A stretch of DNA of 64,000 bases from positions 2,304,001-2,368,000 of the forward strand of contig CAXXGO010000006.1 of NCBI GenBank assembly GCA_963666835.2, given 5' to 3'. Position numbers and translations under genes: made by a program. This DNA is from Phycisphaerae bacterium (GTDB lineage Bacteria > Planctomycetota > Phycisphaerae > UBA1845). Below, piece after piece: positions 21,443 through 29,785 of the stretch (positions within the stretch are counted from its first letter, which is position 1; the number at the start of each line of letters is the position of its first letter). The notes below the pieces were generated by a model. It was not told the DNA's origin. It saw only the letters and a list, made by a program, of their open reading frames with translations, and did not search any database.

Positions 21443-22711
21443 ATGGACTCGTACCCAAGACGTGTAGTGGTTACCGGGGTCGGGCCGGTGACTTCGATCG
21501 GCACCGGTTGTGATGACCTGTGGGCGTCCCTCGACGCCGGGCGTTCGAACGTTCAGACTCGCATGCTTCCGTCGGACGTCGCTTGCGGGGCGGAGTTGCC
21601 GATTGCCGCGATGCCCGCGGTTGAGGATGTGCCGGGCCTTGCCCGTCACGTCGATTTCCTGACCGGGCAAGACTGCGCACCTTATCGCGAATTGGCGTAT
21701 GCACTTCTGGCCATCGAGCTTGCCCTGGATGATGCGGGGCTCGATCCGGGGGACAATGGCAAGCGCGTGGGGGCGGTGCAGGTCTTTGAAGCGCCCGGCG
21801 TGGAGGGAACGGTGAGCCATCTGTTCCGGCTCATGTCGATGCCGCCGCCGCCCGGAGCGCCGCCGAAGCTGTACGACCATCTGGCCTCCTACTTCTACAG
21901 CATGCAGCCGTTTCATTTCGTCCATTTAATGGGTAAAGCGTTTGGGCTGCACGGTTTTTCAACGAGTGTGCACAATGCGTGTTCATCCGGGTTGTTTGCG
22001 ATGGAAATAGCCGCCCAGCAGATTCGCGCGGGTAACGCCGACGCCATGATCGTCGTCGGCGGGGAGGCATTTGAAACCGCCGTTCGCCTGGAGTGGTTCC
22101 GCCGGCTGGAGATGTACGCTTCGGATACGTGCATGCGCCCGTTCGATGCCGAGTCTTGTGGGTTCTACGTGGGGGAGGGGGCCGGGGCCATTGTGCTGGA
22201 AGCGGAGGAACTCGCCGCCCGGCGCGGGGCGAAGCCGTACGCCGCCTACCTTGGCGGGGCTCATGCCCAGCAAGCGTGGAAGCAGACGATCCCCGACGTT
22301 CGGGCGTTGAGGCTCCGCGATGTCATCACCGAGGCATTAACCCGAGCTTCGGTCTCGCCCGCGGATCTGGACCTGATTGTGCCGCACGGAGCCGGGACGA
22401 TGCTGTGTGATGGGTATGAAGCTTCATGCCTGGCCGGGGCACTTGGCGACGCCCAGACCTCGGCAGTGGCTACCGTGTTCAAGCCGAACCTGGGTCACAT
22501 GCTGGCGGCCAGCGGGATTACCGAGACCATTTGTGCTATGCTGGCCATGAAGCACGGTCGCGTGCCCGCCACCCTCGGCTCCCGCGCCGACCGGGTGAAG
22601 CTGGCCGTGCCCCTGGTGACCGAATCCGTGACCCACCCCATACGCTTTATTCTCAAAATGTCGACCGGCTTCACCGGCCACGATGCGGCGGGTGTTCTTG
22701 GTGAGGTATGA
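21443..22711 (+). CDS. Beta-ketoacyl-ACP synthase (divergent, KS2)
   Basis: VVVTGVG, NACSSG, GEGAG, PHGAGT, KPNLGH. Confidence 0.85.
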   Translation: MDSYPRRVVVTGVGPVTSIGTGCDDLWASLDAGRSNVQTRMLPSDVACGAELPIAAMPAVEDVPGLARHVDFLTGQDCAPYRELAYALLAIELALDDAGLDPGDNGKRVGAVQVFEAPGVEGTVSHLFRLMSMPPPPGAPPKLYDHLASYFYSMQPFHFVHLMGKAFGLHGFSTSVHNACSSGLFAMEIAAQQIRAGNADAMIVVGGEAFETAVRLEWFRRLEMYASDTCMRPFDAESCGFYVGEGAGAIVLEAEELAARRGAKPYAAYLGGAHAQQAWKQTIPDVRALRLRDVITEALTRASVSPADLDLIVPHGAGTMLCDGYEASCLAGALGDAQTSAVATVFKPNLGHMLAASGITETICAMLAMKHGRVPATLGSRADRVKLAVPLVTESVTHPIRFILKMSTGFTGHDAAGVLGEV

Positions 22712-23249
22712 TCCTCCTTCGGTGCGGCCCCTCCCTTGGCCAATCCACGCCGATTCGTCGACCCCCTGCGGCCACTCCCTGACGGTCGGCGGTCCAACAA
22801 GTTTCCTCATGACACCGATCTGGCACCACCCGTAGGGCAGGTCGAGGTACGAGACCTGCCGCAACGGCTGTCACCACCCGTAGGGCAGGTCGAGGTACGA
22901 GACCTGCCGCAATAACGCGCATCGCGCGAAGACTATGGCAGGTCTCGTACCTCGACCATGCCCTACAACCTGCCGTTAGTACGGTGAGCGTAAGCGACCC
23001 GCCCCGGGCCAATGCGCGGCCACTCGTCGACCGGCTACAGCCACTCCCTGACCGTGGGTGGGCCAGTAAGTCCATCCATGACACCGACCTGGCACCACCC
23101 GTAGGGCAAATCGAAGCACGAGGCCTGCCGCAATAATGCGCATCGCGCGAAGACTATGGCAGGTCTCGTGCCTCGACCATGCCCCGCGAGATCGTCGCGT
23201 GACGCGCGCTGTTGTGGCAAGTTTCGTACGTTGACCGTGTCGTAAGCGA

Positions 23250-23515
23250 AGCCCCTTGGGGCGGCAGGTCCTTTAGCCCCACGGCGTAAGCCTGGGGAAA
23301 CCGTGAGAACGCTTCGCGCCAAGCCCCCTCGGGGGCGGCAGAGGGCATCGAGATTCGAATCGGACACCGGTAATTCAACATCGTAGGGAAGCACGTTGGC
23401 GACCGCCGGGAGCATTTCGATCATCGAAGTGCCGCCCCTGGGGGCTTGGGTTGACGTGTGACGCGATCCCGCGGCTTACGCCGCGGGCTTGGAAGAGCTG
23501 CCGCCCTGACGGGCT
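23250..23515. repeat. Composite inverted-repeat (MITE/REP-like) element
   Basis: Ends agcccc..ggggcggcag / ctgccgccc..gggct with mirrored internal hairpins. Confidence 0.65.
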
Positions 23516-23718
23516 GGTCCCGCGAGCCACGTGGGTGGCACATATTCGTGCGACTCACACCATTGCGCCCTTGGTAGCAGGTCTCGTGCCTCGACCGTGC
23601 CCTACAATCTGCGCGAGTATTCATGATTGAAGGCTCCTACCCTCCTCGCCACCGCGCGGGAATGCGCTGCCGTGCGAGAATACGCCGCCGTGTGGGAGAA
23701 TGCGCTCCCGCGCCCAAA

Positions 23719-23932
23719 TACGCCGAAGGCGTTGCGCCCCTAAGCCCAGGGTTGCCGCGAAGCGGCTACCCTGGGATCACGATCACATTGAAGATCAACC
23801 CCAACGGGGTTGCGTCGGTGTTCAACCCACTTCGGGGTTGGTGCGGAAGAGGGCCCGGTGACCCAGGGTGGCACTGAAGCGGCTACGCCGCTTCGTTTAC
23901 CCTGGGCTTTGCTGTTTAACGCCTTCGGCGTA
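23719..23932. mobile_element. MITE-like non-autonomous element with 15-bp terminal inverted repeats
   Basis: tacgccgaaggcgtt / aacgccttcggcgta perfect IR; inner aagcccagggt / accctgggctt; partial copy at 12581-12676. Confidence 0.65.
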
Positions 23933-24340
23933 CGTTCGGAAAAAGCGTCCCGCGCGAGAACCCGGCGCCACCCGTAGCCCGTAGGGCAGGTCGAGGCACG
24001 AGACCTGCCGCAATGGTGCCCATCGCGCGAAGACTCAGCCCCTTCCTTACGGTGCGTGGGCCGGCAAGTTGACCCATGCCGCCGACCTGGCACCACCCGT
24101 AGGGCAGGTCGAGGTACGAGACCTGCCGCAATGGCGCGCGTCGCGCGAAGACTATGGCAGGTCTCGTGCCTCGACCGTGCCCTACAGCCTGCGCGGGCAT
24201 TCTTGATTGGGGAACCCGCAGGTAAGTCCATTGAACTGCGGCCAGAGAGAGAGTACCATTCAAAGGTGAGGCGGCGAACGATATGGAAACCACGAGATGG
24301 TACGCCTCGGTATGCCGTTTGGTCGATGCGGAGGGACACG

Positions 24341-24751
24341 ATGTCGGAATCGCAGACTGAGCCGCGCGTCTGCTGCCCGTCGTGCAGCTTCTCGCTGACG
24401 CAGGAGGCGCAACGGGATTGCGTGTGCGATAACTGTGGCACAGCGCTGGACGCGGAGTATCTGCGGTGTAGACGAGAGGAGCTGATTACCAAGGACGCCC
24501 ACGATCGACGCGTGTTGGCTTGCGAGCGGACTGCCGCCGTGGTCGGTGCAATCATGTTGGCGTCGGGCGCGGCAATGGTCGCCAAGTATGCCCCACTTAT
24601 GATGGTCAGCGGAAGAGCCTCCGGGGTATTCTTGATCGGCACTCTGATCGCCGTTGGCTGGCGCTGGCACAATCGTGATCCGATGTGGCCGGTGCTGGCG
24701 CCACTCGGGTTGTTCTGGTTTCTGTTCGGCTTGTTTTGCGCAGCGTGCTGA
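24341..24751 (+). CDS. Small Zn-ribbon + TM membrane protein
   Basis: CPSC...CDNCG then 3 TM; GGAGG RBS before ATG 24341. Confidence 0.6.
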   Translation: MSESQTEPRVCCPSCSFSLTQEAQRDCVCDNCGTALDAEYLRCRREELITKDAHDRRVLACERTAAVVGAIMLASGAAMVAKYAPLMMVSGRASGVFLIGTLIAVGWRWHNRDPMWPVLAPLGLFWFLFGLFCAAC

Positions 24752-25155
24752 AGTCGGCTATCCCGGATTGTCTATGACGTTCGCACAAATGCGCGTAACT
24801 TACTGTGGCCTCACCCATGTGGGTGACACCACTGAAACACAGCGCGCTTCCACGCCAGGGACAAGCCCTGGAGCTACACTTGGATCACGGCCTCTTGTTC
24901 GTTTGTGCGAGTAGTCAGCACCAAGGCGATGGGGACTGTGTTGCTGGAATTAGTCGACTCGGAGCAGATGTTCGTGACGCCTGGGCATCGGCTCTAGGCC
25001 GTGTTGCCGGCCGGGACGTGTAGCGGGCTCAGCAACACAAGGGGGACCTCCCGGCCGATGATTCTGTCAGGGTCTCTCCCGTGGTCGGTAATCCGCACGT
25101 CCGCACGTCCGCAGGTCGCGGAAGCCGGATGGCCGGTTCCCTGGCTTGCGTCCTG

Positions 25156-25164
25156 TGGTATAAT
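25156..25164 (+). promoter_or_regulatory. Extended -10 promoter for the RAPP leader / heme operon
   Basis: TGGTATAAT ending 32 nt upstream of ATG 25197. Confidence 0.6.
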
Positions 25165-25196
25165 CTCGGGAGAGAAGCTGTCAGTTTCGGTGGGCC

Positions 25197-25727
25197 ATGC
25201 GTAACAAGAGCAACAACGATCATGAGGGTCGTGCCGGGGTGTTCAGTCGCCTGTTCTGGGGACTGATGATCCTGGCGCATGCTCCGGGTCTGATTGCCGC
25301 GGGGCGTGCCGGGCTTATGAACGGGTTCGGGGTGGAGCTACTCAGCGGGTCCGTCCTGCTGGTTGCCTCCATGGTGTTCTTCGTTCTGAAGATCCGGGGC
25401 GTTCCCTGGCTGCGGCTGCAAACCAATCGCCGGTCTGTTATTGCGGTTTGCCTGGTGGTCATGCTGATCCACCTGGAGTGCATCAGGCCCGGCCTGCGCG
25501 GCGAATTGCTATCCCAATGCACCGTTGTTCTGGTGACGACTTCGCTGGTTTTCGCCGTGCCGCGGGGGGTGCGAAGGGTCCGCTCCTCGTTGGCAAGCAG
25601 GCATTCTTCTTCAAGCTTGCGGAGTTTCGATGACCGCCCGACCGGCGTCATCTGGCTCGACTCATACCGCCCACGTTGTTGGGTCCTCGTTCTTTCCCTG
25701 CTGCGGCTGCGCGCGCCTCCTGCGTAG
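25197..25727 (+). CDS. 4-TM membrane protein ending LRAPPA; putative ribosome-arrest leader
   Basis: Four hydrophobic helices, His28 and His92 in TM1 and TM3, C-terminal RAPP immediately before the last residue, directly upstream of the heme operon. Confidence 0.65.
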   Translation: MRNKSNNDHEGRAGVFSRLFWGLMILAHAPGLIAAGRAGLMNGFGVELLSGSVLLVASMVFFVLKIRGVPWLRLQTNRRSVIAVCLVVMLIHLECIRPGLRGELLSQCTVVLVTTSLVFAVPRGVRRVRSSLASRHSSSSLRSFDDRPTGVIWLDSYRPRCWVLVLSLLRLRAPPA

Positions 25728-25891
25728 CCGACGAGGGCGTTCCGGTCCGGATTGCGTGGACTTGGGCAACGCCTCTCTCCGATTCGATTCGTTCTTGTCT
25801 TCCGACTGAGGTCTGGTTGTTAATAGCCGTAAGTGAGCCGGCACGCGGGTGCCGGAGGCTCCAAGCGGAGCCGTGGGAGGCATGGCATCAA

Positions 25892-28249
25892 ATGCTCTCG
25901 TTAAAACCGACCAGAGAATCCACCGGCGGGGGAGCCGGGGAATCGATCTCCACGTTATCGGCCACCAAGGGTGTGCTGCTCATCAACCTCGGGACTCCGG
26001 ACGCCCCCGATGTCGAATCGGTGCGCCGGTACCTGGCGGAGTTTCTGGGTGATCCCGAAGTGATCCAACTTCCGCGTGGGCTCAAGTGGCTCAATGGCCC
26101 GCTGGGGCGATTCATCGCCAGACGCCGGGCCCCTAAGTCCGCAAAGTCGTACGAGCAGATCTGGACCGAACGGGGCTCGCCCCTCGGTTCGATCAGCGCG
26201 GAACAGGCCGCGTCCCTGCAGTCGGCGATGCCCTCGGATTGGCAGGTCTTCCATGCCATGCGCTATGGGAAGCCGACGATCGCCGAGACACTCCGGCGGG
26301 TTGAGGATTCGGGGGTCGAGGAACTCGTCGTTATCCCGATGTATCCTCAGTTCAGCGGACCGACTACCGGCACGGCGCTGCGGGCGCTATACGGCAGCCT
26401 CAAGAGAGGCGGCCACCGTCTTAACGTAGCGACGCGTAACTCGTGGTACGACGACGGCGGATACCTGCACGCGCAGGCCAAGCTGATCGCCGATTACGCT
26501 CGACTGCACGGGTTGAGCCCGGAAGATACTCATCTCGTGTTCTCTGCCCATGGGCTGCCGGTGTCCTACGTGGAACGCGGCGACCCGTATCCGGATCACG
26601 TGAACCGCACGGTGGAGTTGGTCGCACAACGCCTCGGCTGGCCCGAAGAGCGCCGGACCTTGGCCTTCCAAAGCCGCGTGGGTCCGACGGCATGGCTGAC
26701 GCCGAATACCGAAGACGTGCTCAGGGAGTTGGGCGATCGCGGGGAACGGCGGGTTCTGGTTTGCTCGGTCAGTTTCACTACCGATTGCCTCGAGACTCTC
26801 GAGGAGATCGATCTGAAGTACCGAGAGATGTTCGAGCGTGACGGCCGGGAGATGTTCCTCTGTCCCGCGTTGAACACCAGCCGCGATTTCATCGCGGCCC
26901 TCAAGAACCTGGCGCTTCGGGGTCCTCAGGCGGTCAAGTCGTGGGGAGCGCGAATGCACCCGTTGTTGAAACCGGCGGCACAGCCCCTTTCGGCTTCTGA
27001 GCATGTCGACTCGCTCGTGTTTGTCGGCGTATCGATGAAGAGCCGGGTCGGTGACGGCAGCGGTCCGGAGCTGATTCACGAAGACGAGCGCGGTCTCGAG
27101 AAACTCAAGAAACCACACGATGAGATCCCCGGGATTCTCCAGGGAATCTGCGGTCGCCGCGGCGCGCGGGAGGCGTTCGTGTGGAACACCTGCTATCGGT
27201 TCGAGTTCTACGGCTGGGAGAGTGATTCCGCGGCCGGGCCCGACGATTGCGTGGTGGCCCGCGTCTGTCAGCAAGTGTTCGCCGGCGACATTCCGGAGGA
27301 TGTCTCGGTGAACGTCCTTCGCGGTCGGGAGGCGTGGCATCATCTGGTGCGCACGGCGGCGGGCCTCAACAGCGGTCTGGCGGGGGATCATGACGTCGTC
27401 GAGCAGCTTCGCACTGCGCACAACCTTGCTCAGCGCGCGGGGACTGCGGGGGTGTTGACCGATCGTCTGGTCAGCGAGGTTACCGAGTTGGAGCGCCGCC
27501 TGCGCAGCGAGACTGCGTGGGGTCGGTTCGACCCCGGCTATTGCTACGCGGCCATGTCCCGGCTTTTGGAGTCAGATGGAATCGACCTTCGCGAGAGTCG
27601 CATACTGGTTGTCGGTGGCTCAACGACGTCGCGATCCGTGCTATCGGCGCTGATTGATCGGTTCGGTGTGCCGGAGCGGCAGTTGACGTTGGCCTATCGT
27701 GGCCACGGCGGCGGGCAGATCAAACTTCTGCGCAGGGCGATTCGCGGCGGACGGCGCCTGCGGGTGCAGTCGTACGGTGAGCCGCAATTGGTGCAGGCGG
27801 TGGCGGAGGCGGATGTGGTGATCTTCGGGATCGATCGCGACGAGCCGGTGCTCGATGCGGGGGCGATCCGGGAGATGCGTGATTTCGCGGATCGGCCTTT
27901 GTTTGTGGTAGACTTCAACACTTTCGGCTCGACCCGCGGATGGGAGGCGGTGTCGGGAGTAACCGTTGTTGATGCGAACCGGCTGGCACAGACGGTTGTA
28001 GATTATACGAACGCAATGTGGACGGACGCGGAGTTTGCCGGAGCTCTGCGGGAGGCAGAGGATTGGATCGCGGAGCACCTGCCGCCGTCTGTCGAAGTGG
28101 ACAAACGCCCGCCGGGCTGCCCCGGCAGTATGGAAGCCGCGGCCGACTCCGGATTGTTGGGGCCGCGGGAGCGTTGGCTACGGTGCGTGCAATGTGTCGG
28201 GAACCGTTCGGTCGACGAGCGAGTTTCGGTCAGGAGCGGAGTATCATGA
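25892..28249 (+). CDS. hemH: Ferrochelatase fused to a divergent glutamyl-tRNA reductase-like domain (HemH-HemA)
   Basis: N-half: GVLLINLGTP, AMRYG, PMYPQFS, FSAHGLP, FQSRVG, DCLETLEEI. C-half: NTCYRFE, HLVRTAAGLNS, Rossmann ILVVGG. No internal stop. Confidence 0.85.
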   Translation: MLSLKPTRESTGGGAGESISTLSATKGVLLINLGTPDAPDVESVRRYLAEFLGDPEVIQLPRGLKWLNGPLGRFIARRRAPKSAKSYEQIWTERGSPLGSISAEQAASLQSAMPSDWQVFHAMRYGKPTIAETLRRVEDSGVEELVVIPMYPQFSGPTTGTALRALYGSLKRGGHRLNVATRNSWYDDGGYLHAQAKLIADYARLHGLSPEDTHLVFSAHGLPVSYVERGDPYPDHVNRTVELVAQRLGWPEERRTLAFQSRVGPTAWLTPNTEDVLRELGDRGERRVLVCSVSFTTDCLETLEEIDLKYREMFERDGREMFLCPALNTSRDFIAALKNLALRGPQAVKSWGARMHPLLKPAAQPLSASEHVDSLVFVGVSMKSRVGDGSGPELIHEDERGLEKLKKPHDEIPGILQGICGRRGAREAFVWNTCYRFEFYGWESDSAAGPDDCVVARVCQQVFAGDIPEDVSVNVLRGREAWHHLVRTAAGLNSGLAGDHDVVEQLRTAHNLAQRAGTAGVLTDRLVSEVTELERRLRSETAWGRFDPGYCYAAMSRLLESDGIDLRESRILVVGGSTTSRSVLSALIDRFGVPERQLTLAYRGHGGGQIKLLRRAIRGGRRLRVQSYGEPQLVQAVAEADVVIFGIDRDEPVLDAGAIREMRDFADRPLFVVDFNTFGSTRGWEAVSGVTVVDANRLAQTVVDYTNAMWTDAEFAGALREAEDWIAEHLPPSVEVDKRPPGCPGSMEAAADSGLLGPRERWLRCVQCVGNRSVDERVSVRSGVS

Positions 28250-29667
28250 GCGCGAGTATTTCAGACGCAGACTTGGCGATTTTTCGCAGATATGCCGGGC
28301 TGTCGCTGCCTCGTCATGTGTCGTACCCGATGCCAACTTGGTGGCAGGATGTTGATGAGACCGAGGCGGCGGCGCTGTACGAGGTGAGCCGGGGAGAACC
28401 GGCCAATGACCTGTCCCTGTACGTGCACGTTCCGTTTTGCGAGAAGCTGTGCAAGTTCTGCGCTTGTACCCGAGTGGTTCTACCCAAGGATAAGTCCGGA
28501 GCGACCGAGCGGGTCGAGGCTTATCTGGCGGCGATGGAACGAGAAATCGCGTGCCGGGCGGATCTGGCGGGTGATGGGCGCGCGTTGCGGCAAGTCCACT
28601 GGGGCGGAGGAAGCCCGCTGTATCTGACCTCAGAGCAGATGAGCAGGATTCAGAATGCCATCAGCAAGGCATTCTCATTGGCTCCGGATGCCGAGATCGC
28701 CGTCGAGATCGATCCGCGTCAGGCTACTCGGGAGCGAATCGAAGGGCTCCGCCGCTTGGGTTTCAACCGTATCTCGCTGGGCGTGCAGGATTTCAACGAG
28801 CAAGTCCAGGAACACGTGCATCGCGTCCAGCCTTTCGAGTTGGTTCGCGACACGGTCGAGGCCTGCCGCGCGGCGGGCTTCGCAAGTGTCAACTTCGATC
28901 TGATCTACGGCCTTCCGTACCAGACCGTCGAGACGGTGCGCGATGCCGTTGAACGATCCATCGGCTTGTCCCCGGATCGTGTCGCCTACTACCACTATGC
29001 CCAGATTCCCGAGAAGATCGCCACGCAACGGGGGATGGACTATACGAAACTCCCCGATAGCGACACCAAGCTGGAGATGTTCCTTTCCGGCGTGAGTCAG
29101 TTCGAGGAGGCCGGGTACGAGTTCGTCGGGCTGGACCATCTGGCTAAGCCGGACGAATCTCTGGCCCGGGCTCGTGCGGAAGGCACCCTTCAGCGCAACT
29201 TCCAGGGTATGACGACTGGGGGCGGTTTGGATCTCATCGCTGTTGGAGCGTCATCCATCAGTCATCTGGCGGGCGTGGGGTTTCTTCAGAACACCCGGGA
29301 TATTGCGGCATACGTGGAGAGCCTGGAGAACGGGAAAGGGCCGATTCACCGGGGGAAGCGTTTCACTCGTGATGATCTGATCCGTCAGGCCGTGCTCGCC
29401 GACCTCTACTGCCTGACTGAGGTTCGCGCTGATCGTATCGAGCGGCAGTTCGGCATTGTCTTCGGCGAATACTTCGCTCGGGAGCTCAAGATTCTAGAAG
29501 AGCTGGAGAAGGATGGGCTGATCGTGCGTGGCGCGGACGAGACGATTCGGGTAACTTACCCTCTCGGACGGGTGCTCCTTCGCAATATTGCGGCCGTGTT
29601 CGATGCGTATCTTGCTCCGGATGCATACCGCGCCGGAGAGCGCGAGTGCTTTTCCGCCAACGCCTAG
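28246..29667 (+). CDS. hemN: Oxygen-independent coproporphyrinogen III dehydrogenase (radical SAM)
   Basis: PRHVSYP, LYVHVPFCEKLCKFC, HWGGGSP, RNFQG; ATGA overlap with upstream gene. Confidence 0.93.
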   Translation: MSASISDADLAIFRRYAGLSLPRHVSYPMPTWWQDVDETEAAALYEVSRGEPANDLSLYVHVPFCEKLCKFCACTRVVLPKDKSGATERVEAYLAAMEREIACRADLAGDGRALRQVHWGGGSPLYLTSEQMSRIQNAISKAFSLAPDAEIAVEIDPRQATRERIEGLRRLGFNRISLGVQDFNEQVQEHVHRVQPFELVRDTVEACRAAGFASVNFDLIYGLPYQTVETVRDAVERSIGLSPDRVAYYHYAQIPEKIATQRGMDYTKLPDSDTKLEMFLSGVSQFEEAGYEFVGLDHLAKPDESLARARAEGTLQRNFQGMTTGGGLDLIAVGASSISHLAGVGFLQNTRDIAAYVESLENGKGPIHRGKRFTRDDLIRQAVLADLYCLTEVRADRIERQFGIVFGEYFARELKILEELEKDGLIVRGADETIRVTYPLGRVLLRNIAAVFDAYLAPDAYRAGERECFSANA

Positions 29668-29785
29668 TGCTGCGCCACACCCAGGGTCTCGGGTGTGCCT
29701 GCTCGTGAGCAGTGCATGGACGGGACGAGGTGTGGATTGCCCCCGGACCTTTACACATGGCCAAACGCCGGTAGAAGCTTCCAAC

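Larger units (their letters stand above)
22770..24190. repeat. REP/REPIN cluster of unit GTAG-GGCAGGTC-N9-GACCTGCC in both orientations
   Basis: Forward copies at 22832, 22880, 23101, 23981, 24099; reverse copies at ~22937, 23158, 23576, 24156; conserved linker ..cgc[a/g]tcgcgcgaagactat. Confidence 0.9.

Noticed and set aside
21443..22711. KS2 as a chain-length factor
   Set aside because: The catalytic Cys and both His residues are retained.
15591..22711. Enediyne biosynthetic cluster
   Set aside because: No PKSE, thioesterase or UnbU/UnbV-like genes in the window.
22770..24190. CRISPR array
   Set aside because: Repeats occur in both orientations with irregular spacing, the linkers are themselves repeated, and there are no cas genes; this fits REP/REPIN.
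22424..24293. ORFs across the repeat region
   Set aside because: They are translations of REP units, with recurring phrases and no transposase motifs.
25676..25891. N-terminal extensions in the ORF track (also hemN, hemE, hemL, asd, coaD, TlpA-like)
   Set aside because: They overlap neighbouring genes or repeats and lack family similarity; downstream starts have an RBS or coupled stop/start.
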